In this document: piece after piece, positions 16,880-27,216 of the stretch
Numbering within the stretch: position 1 is the first letter of the stretch
How the letters are laid out: each line of letters begins with the position of its first letter
Made by a program: the position numbers and the translations under genes
Virus record (IMG/VR): IMGVR_UViG_3300030100_000622
DNA length: 31,073 bases
DNA from: an uncultured virus (IMG/VR IMGVR_UViG_3300030100_000622)
Lineage: Duplodnaviria; Heunggongvirae; Uroviricota; Caudoviricetes
Direction: 5' to 3' (one strand)
The notes under the pieces: generated by a model
Told to the model about the DNA's origin: nothing
Databases searched by the model: none
What the model saw: only the letters and a program-made list of their open reading frames with translations

Positions 16880-19591
16880 TCACGCTCTAAAGTTAGCCTT
16901 AATCAAATACACTTGCTCGGTGCTAATACCATATTCTTTCGATAAGTTAGAATGTGAATCATCCGACTTAACGATATTCTCCACTTCTAAGTGACTTAAA
17001 TCAACTCTCTCTTCATGGTACATTTTATCAAGGAAAGAATCGAAATTCTTTTCTAAATTAAGGAAACCATAAACAACTTTTTTGCCTAACTGCTTTCTAA
17101 TAATGTCGTGAGCCTTGAGCAACTTCTTGACTTGGAAAGGAATATCTTGTTGTTTCTGCGCAAAGAAGTTCATTATTTTATCATAGTGTATTTTCTTTTT
17201 ATCGTTTTCTGATAAGACACCTTGATTGACTTCTAAATAATTAACTAACGCAACAAGGTATCTTCTTTTTCCTATCGAATTCATGTAGCCTTTTACTCTA
17301 TCCTGTATTGTTTTATTGCTTCTTCTTGGGAATCTTTTTCCTATTCTGGTTAAATCCTCAACTTCATTCATAAGAACAAATATAATCATACCTAATTCAT
17401 TTGCAATATCTTCTTCGGCTTCTTTTCCAAATATTTCCACCAAGGCTCTCAATGCTCTTGTTCCAATACTAAATAACTCATTACTAATCCCTATCTGTTT
17501 TTCATCTCGATAAGATAAGAATTCTGAAATATCTTCTAATGCACCAGCAGTAATTTCTTTTGCTGACCCTCTCGCCATTTTCTCCCAACTCGAACCAAAT
17601 ACATTCTCCAAGCCTATTTCTCTCGCCCAAGCATCTATTCCACGGCTACCAACTCCATTCATAAATGCAGGTGCGCTAACAACCAATAGACCTGTTTGTA
17701 AAGGACTGATGAAATAATCCATAGAGGCTTCTAAAAACTCTTGTAAAGATTTTGTTAATTTCTTATACTCTTCTTTAATATCCGCAAATCCTCTATCGCT
17801 TGCTCGGCTGCCTTGTCCTCTAATTAATCCTAATTTATTTGTTCTAACTGCTTCAACCCAATCAATAGGGGCCGCACCTTTTGGTTGTCCTTTTGTACTT
17901 CTATTAGAAACATGGAATGCAAACGATTCTTGGACTTCATCTGCTTCATATTTATCTCCAACCTTTGCGCCTTCGGGAATATCATCACCTTCAGCGTATT
18001 CTCTCTCAACCTTTTTAGTCTTGAGTCTAAGAACCTCATACAAGTCATTAAAGAATTCTTTAATGGTTTTATCCACCTCATCATCTAATTTTTCATCAGT
18101 GATTGCGCCCTTAACATCTCGCTTATACATCTCCATAAACTCTTTATTATCTAAAACAGAAATAGGCAAAGCAAACATATTATTTTTCAAATCTTCTTTT
18201 TCTAATCTCAAGGTATCATCAATTTCATCAGCCCACTGAATTACCTTATGTTTAGTTGTAGGCTGGATAATTAATTCTGTTGTTTTATCAGCCGCTTCAT
18301 CTAAAAAGTCATAGATGTAATCTCTAAGTATATTATGTTGTCTTGTTGTTAAAGCAACTAATTTATTATTTCTTTTTAATTCCCATGCCAATAGAGGGTC
18401 AAGGTATTCAGTTAATTTTATATCTATCTCTTTCTCTTTAGACTCTAAAGAATCCTTAACTGCATCTTCAACCATTTCACCTGCTTCTGCTTGAGCAATA
18501 GCACCCAAGGCTCTTTCTGAACCAGCCATTATTTGTTGTTCCCCAACTTCACTGCCAGAAACTTCATCTCTTTCCTGTTCCTGTATTTGTCGCAATTCTT
18601 CTGCTGACATATCAGAATCTCTTTCACCAAGCCCTCTCTCTTCTTGGTTTTCTTTTTCTTCTTGCATGATATTATTTGTTGCCATCCAAGCATCAATTAG
18701 ATTAATAAATCTTTCAATAGGGTCGTCATGCCTTGAATTATAAGGTTCAAATTTACCAATGTATTCTAAGTTTTTATTTCTGTATCTTTTGAAAAACTTC
18801 TCAAAATCTAAAACTAATTCATTTGGAACTTCGTTCTCTTTTTTCACTAACTCCTGAGCAAAAGCATCAAACTTCTCCTTGAAAATAGTATATTTTTTTG
18901 CCGTTTCCGACCAATGTTCATAAACAATCTTTCGGTAAGAACCTTTAGAAGCATCAACCGCACCATAAATAAAATCAAAATCAAGAGGCGGTATATCAAC
19001 GCCTTCTCTTTCTTTAGTATATTTTCGTCTATATCTGCCTACTCTTTCCTTTGTCCTTTCTTCGGATGAACCAAAAGCATCTTTTTCTTCTTTAACATAC
19101 TCATACAGTAAAGGAATATTATGTGCTAATGCTTCAAAACTTTCTGGCAATTCCTCCATTGATTGAATGTAATCTTTTGCTTTTTCAAGTTCATTAAGGT
19201 TAATCATTTGTATATTTTTGACATTAAACAAAAACCTACCCTCTTTACCTGTTTTTAATTTTACAGTAGTGGCTAATTGTGCAGGAGAAATTGTGCTGCC
19301 TCTAAGATTTTCAACTTTTATGTTTCTAAATACTGTGGCTAATTGACTCATTTCCGCAGAAGCACCAGACTTTGATTTTCCTGCTTCTTCCATGGCTTGC
19401 CTTAATTCTCTTTGGAATTTATTTCTCAAATCACTTTGATTACCTAAATTCTCACCTCGAATAAATTGTGTAAATTTATCCACTTCTTTTTTGAATGCAA
19501 GATTTCTTTTTCTTCCTGTTGGTATTTTAAGAATGTCCTTAATAGTATTTTCAGAAATATCATAATCAACTTCTTGTACTAATCTTACCAT
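16880..19591 (-). CDS. Large hypothetical protein with C-terminal HTH-like motif
   Basis: 903 aa; SHSNLSKEYGISTEQVYLIK at the C-terminus resembles an HTH; GGAGGT RBS. Confidence 0.8.
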   Translation of the reverse strand: MVRLVQEVDYDISENTIKDILKIPTGRKRNLAFKKEVDKFTQFIRGENLGNQSDLRNKFQRELRQAMEEAGKSKSGASAEMSQLATVFRNIKVENLRGSTISPAQLATTVKLKTGKEGRFLFNVKNIQMINLNELEKAKDYIQSMEELPESFEALAHNIPLLYEYVKEEKDAFGSSEERTKERVGRYRRKYTKEREGVDIPPLDFDFIYGAVDASKGSYRKIVYEHWSETAKKYTIFKEKFDAFAQELVKKENEVPNELVLDFEKFFKRYRNKNLEYIGKFEPYNSRHDDPIERFINLIDAWMATNNIMQEEKENQEERGLGERDSDMSAEELRQIQEQERDEVSGSEVGEQQIMAGSERALGAIAQAEAGEMVEDAVKDSLESKEKEIDIKLTEYLDPLLAWELKRNNKLVALTTRQHNILRDYIYDFLDEAADKTTELIIQPTTKHKVIQWADEIDDTLRLEKEDLKNNMFALPISVLDNKEFMEMYKRDVKGAITDEKLDDEVDKTIKEFFNDLYEVLRLKTKKVEREYAEGDDIPEGAKVGDKYEADEVQESFAFHVSNRSTKGQPKGAAPIDWVEAVRTNKLGLIRGQGSRASDRGFADIKEEYKKLTKSLQEFLEASMDYFISPLQTGLLVVSAPAFMNGVGSRGIDAWAREIGLENVFGSSWEKMARGSAKEITAGALEDISEFLSYRDEKQIGISNELFSIGTRALRALVEIFGKEAEEDIANELGMIIFVLMNEVEDLTRIGKRFPRRSNKTIQDRVKGYMNSIGKRRYLVALVNYLEVNQGVLSENDKKKIHYDKIMNFFAQKQQDIPFQVKKLLKAHDIIRKQLGKKVVYGFLNLEKNFDSFLDKMYHEERVDLSHLEVENIVKSDDSHSNLSKEYGISTEQVYLIKANFRA

Positions 19592-19593
19592 AA

Positions 19594-22014
19594 TTATACC
19601 TCCAATAAATTAACATCGCTGCTTGTAAAGACTTTAATAATGTTGGATAAATGCCTCTTATCATACATAGTCGGGAAATTAACCAAATGTTGTAGTTGGT
19701 TCTCGAAGGACTTCATAATTAAACCTTTCATATCAGTTAAGAAGGTGGTCATTACTTGAGTGCCTAATTCTTTCTCTGCAATTTCCTTTGCTTGAGAGGG
19801 GTTTTTGTCTATCTTATCGTATGCTTCACCTATGAAGTCCGGCTTCTTTGGATAATATTCTGCCAATATTGCAAGGAATCCTATTGCCGCATCTGCGCTA
19901 AGAACAGCCAATTTGTTAAAGTTAGTATCAATTTCTTGTATAATTGAATTGAGAGCATTCTCTCCTGTCTGTGCTAATTGAGCAACCATAGAAGGGTAAT
20001 CATCCACCGCATTTACAGTTTCTCTCAATCGTGGTAACAAATCTCTTTTAATTTGTCCTTTGCTTTCTGACATTTCTTGGAATCTCTTAATGTTGGCCTT
20101 CTTTTGAGCAATAGCATTTCTGATTCTTTTTTGTTCGGCACTGCTTTTGCCTTCAAGAGCCGCTTCTAATTCTTTAATTTCCTTCTCCTTTTCCTTAGTA
20201 GTATCTTTTAATTTACTTTCCTTGTATGCAGGATTTCTTTTGAAAGACCCTTCTAATTCATCAATTATTGTTGTGGGAGTATAATATTCAAACGGGTCAA
20301 ACTCTTTGGGGTTATTGTCCTCATCCCATTCATTCGCCCAAGCCACTTCTATCTGTGCATATTCAGAATTACCTATCATATTAGTTTCACTTTCAAATTG
20401 TTCTAAAACTAACTCTTCTTCAGATATTGGAGAAGAAAACCAATGTACTTTCAGTTTTCCTTCACTATCTAAATTATTTTCTTTCCAATAGTCAAGGAAA
20501 GCCACGGCTTCTTTTTGAGTCCATCCCTGCTCAAGTCTGTCAATAGTGTCTTTTCTCAATTTATTTCTTTTATCATTTATTTCCTGTGTTAAAGTAGGGC
20601 TCCCCTCTATTTTTTTCTTGACTTTTCTTTTAGCCGACTCTTCATTTGTAAAGTCAATCGCTCTGTCTTTTGAGTCTAAAGCATACCTTCTTAGAGGAAT
20701 ACCATACTTGAAACTGCTTGTCATTCTTCCGTGTTTTCCAGCAAGAGTATCAACAATATCATTCACTATCAAAGACCTTGCTCTTTCTTCTGAAATAAAC
20801 TCTGTTTTTCTTGCCATGTTAAAATAAGTTTTGAACCAACCTTCATTTGAAACAGAATGATACAATATAGCAGAACCATAAGGATTGAAAGTTAATTTCT
20901 TTTTATTTCCACTCCCTCTTTCTAAGAACATTATATCTGGGAATTGTATGTTGGTTCCACCAACCGTTGCTTGAGATGATACTTTATTGTAATCTTGCTT
21001 GTCGGGAGATACACCGGAAATCCATGTTGGTATTAATTGAGAAGGGGTTCCTGTAACTGCTTCATATCCACGAATATACTTTTGAACATCTGATGCAGAA
21101 TTTATTGGCTTTACTTTATATTCTATTCCAGAATAAATTATTTCCAAACTTTTTCCTCTAATATCTTGTAATGCTTCTTTTTTACCACCAAATATTAATT
21201 GAATACCGTATTTTTTCTTCAATTCCAAATAAATATTTTTTATTTCTTTCTTTTTCTCAACAATTTCTTTTTTATCAGGATTAATTTCATCAACGCTTTT
21301 TCCATCTTTAGACTGTATTCTTTTTAACTCCCAATTTTTTTGATTTTTGTTTTTCCACAAAATAGGATTGATTTTTTCAGAAAATTCTCCTATTTTTCTA
21401 ATTTTTAGCAAAATTACACCGTCTTTATACTCAGAACCAAAATATTCTGCTAATTTTTTGACATTTTCATCATTTTCATCAGGATTATTTTTAAATGCTA
21501 TCATGTTTTGCTCATTTTTAGCATTTAGACGCTCTTGATACGCAATAATATCTCTTGCTTCGGGGTATCTGCCCCAATCATCTTTTCTTGAAGGCATTAA
21601 TTCCTTTAATTTCTCAACTAATGCTTCTTTATCACTAAAAAATGCTTCTTTTATTTTTTTTACGAGTTTTTCAATCTCCTGAGCATTACCTTTTGATGGT
21701 TGACCTGTTTGTTTTGGCATCATGTCAGAAAGAGTTTCTAAATTTGACTTGATTTGTTGAACATTTAGGTCTTTATCAGGATAATTTTTGTATTTTTCTA
21801 AAATTTCTTTTATTTTTGCATCATTTCCCTTAATCTGATTGATTCTTCTTGCCAAAATTTGCAAATCAGCATCAGAAATCTGATTATTTTTTATTTTGTC
21901 CATCAAATCTTGGGTGTTATCAGCAGAAATTATGTCAAAGGCAAACATCATTGGGTCGTCAATGTACGGATAACCAACAGGTTTCTTCAAAATCTGAAAC
22001 CAATTGCGACTCAC
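19594..22014 (-). CDS. Large W-tagged hypothetical protein
   Basis: 806 aa, starts MSRNWFQILKK (GTG start overlapping the upstream stop). Confidence 0.8.
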   Translation of the reverse strand: MSRNWFQILKKPVGYPYIDDPMMFAFDIISADNTQDLMDKIKNNQISDADLQILARRINQIKGNDAKIKEILEKYKNYPDKDLNVQQIKSNLETLSDMMPKQTGQPSKGNAQEIEKLVKKIKEAFFSDKEALVEKLKELMPSRKDDWGRYPEARDIIAYQERLNAKNEQNMIAFKNNPDENDENVKKLAEYFGSEYKDGVILLKIRKIGEFSEKINPILWKNKNQKNWELKRIQSKDGKSVDEINPDKKEIVEKKKEIKNIYLELKKKYGIQLIFGGKKEALQDIRGKSLEIIYSGIEYKVKPINSASDVQKYIRGYEAVTGTPSQLIPTWISGVSPDKQDYNKVSSQATVGGTNIQFPDIMFLERGSGNKKKLTFNPYGSAILYHSVSNEGWFKTYFNMARKTEFISEERARSLIVNDIVDTLAGKHGRMTSSFKYGIPLRRYALDSKDRAIDFTNEESAKRKVKKKIEGSPTLTQEINDKRNKLRKDTIDRLEQGWTQKEAVAFLDYWKENNLDSEGKLKVHWFSSPISEEELVLEQFESETNMIGNSEYAQIEVAWANEWDEDNNPKEFDPFEYYTPTTIIDELEGSFKRNPAYKESKLKDTTKEKEKEIKELEAALEGKSSAEQKRIRNAIAQKKANIKRFQEMSESKGQIKRDLLPRLRETVNAVDDYPSMVAQLAQTGENALNSIIQEIDTNFNKLAVLSADAAIGFLAILAEYYPKKPDFIGEAYDKIDKNPSQAKEIAEKELGTQVMTTFLTDMKGLIMKSFENQLQHLVNFPTMYDKRHLSNIIKVFTSSDVNLLEV

Positions 22015-22955
22015 TGCAAATCCTCCACAAAATCATCAATATGTTCTGCAAAAATTTCCGCTACATTGGCCCATTCAACATCACTAATAGCGTCTATTTC
22101 ACCATATCCTTCTAACTCATCCATAAAACCACTATGATGAACCATCATATTAGGCAACCATGCGCTTAACTTAGACATTATTTTGGCTTTATCGTGCCCA
22201 GATTGGACTAAACTTTTAATGTAGCCAAGTGCCATTTGATTTAAGTCATAATCATTAGCAATCCATAATTCTGCTGAACGGGTTGCGGTTTCCATTCCCT
22301 TCATTAATTTAGTAACTGTATCTTTTAGTCTATATTCTGTACCATAACTTGATGAACTCATCTTAATATATTCAGGATTCGATTTAAGATACATGGCTAC
22401 TGCTTTTTTAGTAGGAATACCTCTTGTTGATTGCTTTTTATTATTCTGATAAGTGTATAAACTTTCAATAATGCCTCTTGAAGTTCTATTATATCCATCC
22501 GACATAATTTCATCAATAATTGGCCCCCATCTATTCATGGGCTTACTGCCGCCTTTCAGCATTTTTTTCTTATACGGATTAGTTAGATTTCTTGCGGGGT
22601 CAGAACCCGTAGTACCAAAATTAGACAGAGGCGGCGGATTTCTTTGTTCTTGTATTAATCTCATAGCACTATTAACTTGTGATGATGCCGGCGTTTCTTT
22701 TTCTGGGAGGCCATGAGCAGATGAACCTACTTGCTTTAGAGCGAGCCTAATACCTTCAATGGTTCTGTTTGCTTTAGGCATTCTATAAATTGCTTGAGTG
22801 AATGCTTTTTTTGCATATGAATTTCCGCCCCAATGAATAGAGTTTTGTAATTCTCTCTGATAAAATTCTTTGGCTTCTTGATTAGGAAACCTAAGACCCA
22901 TTACATCTAAGAGTCCTTTCTCAACATCATTTTTTAGGACATCTTTCCAATCCAT
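22011..22955 (-). CDS. W-tagged multi-module protein
   Basis: MDWKDVLKN; 314 aa; apparently three modules. Confidence 0.8.
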   Translation of the reverse strand: MDWKDVLKNDVEKGLLDVMGLRFPNQEAKEFYQRELQNSIHWGGNSYAKKAFTQAIYRMPKANRTIEGIRLALKQVGSSAHGLPEKETPASSQVNSAMRLIQEQRNPPPLSNFGTTGSDPARNLTNPYKKKMLKGGSKPMNRWGPIIDEIMSDGYNRTSRGIIESLYTYQNNKKQSTRGIPTKKAVAMYLKSNPEYIKMSSSSYGTEYRLKDTVTKLMKGMETATRSAELWIANDYDLNQMALGYIKSLVQSGHDKAKIMSKLSAWLPNMMVHHSGFMDELEGYGEIDAISDVEWANVAEIFAEHIDDFVEDLQ

Positions 22956-22959
22956 ATTA

Positions 22960-23247
22960 TCACCACAATTTTTTACATGCTAAACATTTAGGGGTAGTAA
23001 TTCTCCCTTTGCATTGGTCGCAGTTATGCCTTGCTTTGAAATTAGCCCTACGCTTTTTATTAGTATGGGTTCCTCCGCCTCTATTCTTTCCTTTGCCTTT
23101 GTAATTCCCATATCCTTTAGCACCAGCATGAATTTTTTTACCTTCATGTGTTAGCATCATAATTTTTTTACCTGCTCTATCAGAAGGATAGACTCGACCT
23201 ACTCGCATATCTTTCTTATCTTTCTTCAATATTTTTATCCAACTCAA
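22960..23247 (-). CDS. W-tagged basic protein
   Basis: MSWIKILKK; GKKIHAGAKGY...RRANFKARHNC...LW, a pattern I recall from small basic viral proteins. Confidence 0.75.
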   Translation of the reverse strand: MSWIKILKKDKKDMRVGRVYPSDRAGKKIMMLTHEGKKIHAGAKGYGNYKGKGKNRGGGTHTNKKRRANFKARHNCDQCKGRITTPKCLACKKLW

Positions 23248-23450
23248 TCTAATTCACCTCTCACTGTTTTGATATTGTATTCTAAAAATTCAATCATATC
23301 GGGAACATTAGGTTCGGGTTGCTTCATCATCTTGAGCAATTCCTCCATGTAAAATAATGACTGTTGTAAAATAATTAATTCTGCTGGTGTTTCTAAATCA
23401 CCTCTGGCCTGTTCTCGCCAATCAGATTTAATTATTTTTTTCCAAGCCAT
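23244..23450 (-). CDS. W-tagged hypothetical protein
   Basis: MAWKKIIKS, 68 aa. Confidence 0.72.
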   Translation of the reverse strand: MAWKKIIKSDWREQARGDLETPAELIILQQSLFYMEELLKMMKQPEPNVPDMIEFLEYNIKTVRGELD

Positions 23451-23451
23451 A

Positions 23452-23763
23452 TCAAACCCTCTTTAACTTAGCCTTATCCCTACTGCCTTCTCTCTCTATG
23501 TAGTTATTACGCATACCATAATTAGTAAAATAGTTAGGAAACCAATTCTGTCCTTTTCCTTTACTCCAAACAGTCCACTGTCTTCTTTCTTGATTTCCTG
23601 AGCCGATTTTAGGTGCAACTATTTCAACAAATTTTTCATACATATCATTACTTTTGAAAACAGTTCCAACAGGAATAGTGGCATATAATTCTTCAACTGA
23701 TTCTTTTAGCATTTTTAGATTCTTAGAAGAATAACTTGCTTTAACTATATTTTGCCAACTCAT
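23452..23763 (-). CDS. W-tagged hypothetical protein
   Basis: MSWQNIVKA, 103 aa. Confidence 0.75.
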   Translation of the reverse strand: MSWQNIVKASYSSKNLKMLKESVEELYATIPVGTVFKSNDMYEKFVEIVAPKIGSGNQERRQWTVWSKGKGQNWFPNYFTNYGMRNNYIEREGSRDKAKLKRV

Positions 23764-24032
23764 TGTGATTCCCCTTCTAACGCATCTAAATATTCATGAA
23801 TTATTTGCCAATATTTATCCCTTGTTTTCTTATCTTTATGTGAGCGTGGTGGTTTGTGAGCAAGCCTATGAAAGCCTTTTCTTCTTGGCATATCTTTCAT
23901 AGCCTCGTCTATTTTTTTACCCATTTCTAATGCTTCTTCTTCATCATCGGGCATACCATAAGCAAAAAGAAACTCTCTAATCTCTTTTATTTTATCTTTA
24001 TTAACTTGTTTAATAATATCTTGCCAACTCAT
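23760..24032 (-). CDS. W-tagged hypothetical protein
   Basis: MSWQDIIKQ, 90 aa. Confidence 0.75.
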   Translation of the reverse strand: MSWQDIIKQVNKDKIKEIREFLFAYGMPDDEEEALEMGKKIDEAMKDMPRRKGFHRLAHKPPRSHKDKKTRDKYWQIIHEYLDALEGESQ

Positions 24033-24033
24033 T

Positions 24034-24216
24034 CTAATCTCTCCTTGTAACTTTTTTAAGTATATTTATGAGATTTTGTAATTCTTCAGGAGTATGGGCT
24101 GTATGTCTTTCAATATCTCGCATAGCATCCGGTGACAAAAAAGTTCTTAAAACATCAAATAATTGTGCAAACTGTCCTCTTTGCAATTCTTTGTTAATAG
24201 TATCTTTCCAACTCAT
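24034..24216 (-). CDS. W-tagged hypothetical protein
   Basis: MSWKDTINK, 60 aa. Confidence 0.7.
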   Translation of the reverse strand: MSWKDTINKELQRGQFAQLFDVLRTFLSPDAMRDIERHTAHTPEELQNLINILKKVTRRD

Positions 24217-24878
24217 TGTAATTTCTCCTGCATTCTTTTCTTAATATCTAACCAAATCTCAGGATTGTTTTGTGCTAACACTTCTTGAACAATTTGCATT
24301 TGTGCAACAATAACAGTATCTTGTCGCTTATGAATAAGTTTGCCTTTGAATTCCATCAGATACTTTAGTGACTCTCTAATTTCTCTTGCTAACTTAGTTA
24401 GAGCATCAATCATCTTAGGGTCTAAGTCATTTCCTAATTCATTGAACACTTGCTCTAATCTCGCATCTAACTTCTCAACATTGTTAGAAAGCAAATCAAT
24501 TTCATTTACCTCCTTCTTAGCAATTATGGCGGCTGCGGATTGCTGCACAATTGGAGTTAAGTGATGTTTCATATGTCGTTGAATTTGTGCTTTTGTAGTA
24601 TCTAATGCCAAAGCCACCGCTTCACTGTCTATCTCTCCATTACTCAATGCCTGTTCGTAATGTTTTCTCATTGGGTCTGTGCATAAAACACATTTAGGAT
24701 TAGCCGACATAACATAATCCCCCATATGATTTCTTTGATGTTGTGCCGCAGTTCCACTTCTCCAACCATTAGCCGCATCTATTTCATCACAAGTCATAGT
24801 ACCGTTTTCAAGAGCATCCTCTAATTCTTGTCTATTGTCTGCTTGACACAAACCGCAACGCTTTCTATTGACTGCCAT
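24213..24878 (-). CDS. Tandem C2H2/HTH DNA-binding protein, candidate terminase small subunit
   Basis: Two repeats CGLC...HQRNH and CVLC...HMKHH, each enclosing an HTH-like segment, followed by a two-helix oligomerisation-like region; the CDS is certain, the TerS role is inferred. Confidence 0.5.
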   Translation of the reverse strand: MAVNRKRCGLCQADNRQELEDALENGTMTCDEIDAANGWRSGTAAQHQRNHMGDYVMSANPKCVLCTDPMRKHYEQALSNGEIDSEAVALALDTTKAQIQRHMKHHLTPIVQQSAAAIIAKKEVNEIDLLSNNVEKLDARLEQVFNELGNDLDPKMIDALTKLAREIRESLKYLMEFKGKLIHKRQDTVIVAQMQIVQEVLAQNNPEIWLDIKKRMQEKLQ

Positions 24879-24882
24879 AAAA

Positions 24883-26334
24883 TCAACTCCATAGAAGGCT
24901 TTGCCACATTCCTTTCAGAACAATTTTCTCATCAGTGTTAGGTGCATTCATACTCTGTAAATCTCTTGTTCGAGTAATTACCGATTGGTTCAAAAGAGCC
25001 TTCATAGCATTCTTAGTTAATTTCAACTGAATGGATTTAGGTTGCGCTTTTTCTTTCCTAAACAAATTAAGAATTGCTTGTTGAGAAGTAGGAGAATAAT
25101 TAAATTTCTTTTCTGCTAAGAGTTTAGCCGCATTGGAAGTTTGGAAATTTGGCCCATTGTATAGGTTAGTTTTTCTTAAAAGTCCTTGAGCAAATCGTTT
25201 AATCTCCGGTATCTTTGCTAATTCTTTTGCTATTCTAACACTATTTACAGGGAACACTAATTCTTCTTCTCCGGCTATTCTATAATCGAATCCTGTTCTA
25301 ATTGCATTCTGCCAAGCCATTTGGTCGTTAGGTGCAATACGACCTTTACGGCCAGATGGCTGTTGTCGTATCAATGCCCTATCAACTAAAGTCACTAATG
25401 TTAGTGGTGAAGCCTCAAAAGTAACTGATGTAATTTTACCTGCTGGTGCATCTTTTTGCTTTAATCTTGGAAACTCTCTAATTACATCTTGGTCTTGAAC
25501 ACCTAATTTGAATTTAGTATTTTCAAATTCTCTCTTGAGAGGCCCAACTAATAGACGACCATCTTTACTCCAAAATCCTACATTTCTAACAACCTTGTCA
25601 AAGAATTGTTCAATGTCACCAAGAGCCTCATATTCTTGGATATTATCATCTTCGGGAATAGGAATATCATCAACTTCATTTGTAATGTCTGCAAGTTTTC
25701 CTTTTACATCTTGCATAATTACTGCTAATCCTCTTGACTTAAATTCATCATCAGCACTTTCGTTAAACAAAGCCTTGTGTGGTAAATTAGTACCTGTGAA
25801 CCAATGGCCGGGTGCGGCAGTAGTTTTGTTTTTCTTAGCATAGGCTTCTGTTCGATAATGTCCTTGAACAATCTTGGGTGCTAATTTTTGATTTCTTCTG
25901 CCTCTTTTACTTTCAGTAAATAGAATAAAACCGGGGTCTAAAGCCGGTGAATCATCAGTTTCTTTTCCTGTACCTTTCAGAGCCATTAAAGCATCTCCTA
26001 AGTTTTTGATAATCATTTCATCGCCAACAGTATAGAATTTTCTTTCTAATAGATTGTCAAGTAATTTGATGTATTTATTTGCACCCGAATTCACATGGCC
26101 TCGGTTTCTGCTACCTGTTCTTATTGAAGTCGAAGTAATATGCTCAACCAAAAAATCATACAATGTTGGAATACCTTGAACCATCATTTTTCCACTTTTA
26201 ATTCCGGTACAGGTTCTTTTCCAAGCAAGGTAGTCTTGAATAAATTCAGACTTTGAAGTATTTTGAGTAATTTTCATACCTTTCCAATCTTTCTGATTTT
26301 TCTTGGTGGTACTTGTCTTTTTCTTTTTACTCAT
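24883..26334 (-). CDS. Hypothetical basic protein (483 aa)
   Basis: Long ORF with ATGA overlap; ends ...IVLKGMWQSLLWS. Confidence 0.8.
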   Translation of the reverse strand: MSKKKKTSTTKKNQKDWKGMKITQNTSKSEFIQDYLAWKRTCTGIKSGKMMVQGIPTLYDFLVEHITSTSIRTGSRNRGHVNSGANKYIKLLDNLLERKFYTVGDEMIIKNLGDALMALKGTGKETDDSPALDPGFILFTESKRGRRNQKLAPKIVQGHYRTEAYAKKNKTTAAPGHWFTGTNLPHKALFNESADDEFKSRGLAVIMQDVKGKLADITNEVDDIPIPEDDNIQEYEALGDIEQFFDKVVRNVGFWSKDGRLLVGPLKREFENTKFKLGVQDQDVIREFPRLKQKDAPAGKITSVTFEASPLTLVTLVDRALIRQQPSGRKGRIAPNDQMAWQNAIRTGFDYRIAGEEELVFPVNSVRIAKELAKIPEIKRFAQGLLRKTNLYNGPNFQTSNAAKLLAEKKFNYSPTSQQAILNLFRKEKAQPKSIQLKLTKNAMKALLNQSVITRTRDLQSMNAPNTDEKIVLKGMWQSLLWS

Positions 26335-26666
26335 TCCTCATCCTCCTTCTTCTTTTTTCGCTGGCCATATGTAGTATTAAACAGTGCTGGCGAAGAAGTA
26401 GTAGTTACTGCGCCAGCCATAGCCTCTTTGAATTCTTGAAAAGATGTGCCTTTAGTATCATCCTCTATTTGGAATTTGACATCATCAACCATAGTTAATC
26501 CTTTAGATGGTGAATTGAGTTTAGCCTTCTTTTCATCAAATAGGATTTCTTTTTCGCCGTTAGAATATTTACCTAAGTTACCTTGTCTGCCAACAAAGTG
26601 AAATGCTTCGCCGTTTTTATCATGGATTACATCGGGAAACGCTTTGATAATATCTCGCCAAGACAT
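26331..26666 (-). CDS. W-tagged hypothetical protein
   Basis: Start at MSWRDIIKA (26666). Confidence 0.75.
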   Translation of the reverse strand: MSWRDIIKAFPDVIHDKNGEAFHFVGRQGNLGKYSNGEKEILFDEKKAKLNSPSKGLTMVDDVKFQIEDDTKGTSFQEFKEAMAGAVTTTSSPALFNTTYGQRKKKKEDEE

Positions 26667-26671
26667 TCTAA

Positions 26672-27211
26672 TCATTCCTCTTCTTCTGATGGTTTTTGTG
26701 ACTTAGGCGTTGGTTTATCCCAACCAACTCCGGCATATTTAGCCGCACCATGAACAGTTCGCAATAATGCCCCTACTTTTTGCTTATCGTCAGGATTTAC
26801 ACCCAAAGCAGGAATTCTCCCATGAAACCATTTCTTTTTATTTCCTTCAAATCGAGAATCTCCTTTTTGATGAGAACCGTAATAAGTAGCATAAAGATTT
26901 CTTTCTTTTTGTTTCTGTAATGCTTCAGTCACTCTTTTTCTAATATGATTAAGTAAAGAAGCACTAACTTCTTTATTTTCTTTCTTCATTCTTTTAACCG
27001 CATATTTAGTATGCTTATCCATCTCTTTAGCAATTTCTTTTTCATATGCGGCATCAACAAGTGGTGTAACTTCGGGGTCAATGTCACTTAATTCGTGGTA
27101 TCTAAATAATCCACCTTGGCCACTACCTCTTATCGCCCTTCGGCCCCCACGACCTTTTCTATTAGTCATATGGTTAGGATAAGGATTTTTAAGTATATCA
27201 AACCAAGTCAT
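26672..27211 (-). CDS. W-tagged basic hypothetical protein
   Basis: MTWFDILKN; RG-rich segment; AGGTGA RBS. Confidence 0.78.
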   Translation of the reverse strand: MTWFDILKNPYPNHMTNRKGRGGRRAIRGSGQGGLFRYHELSDIDPEVTPLVDAAYEKEIAKEMDKHTKYAVKRMKKENKEVSASLLNHIRKRVTEALQKQKERNLYATYYGSHQKGDSRFEGNKKKWFHGRIPALGVNPDDKQKVGALLRTVHGAAKYAGVGWDKPTPKSQKPSEEEE

Positions 27212-27216
27212 TTATT

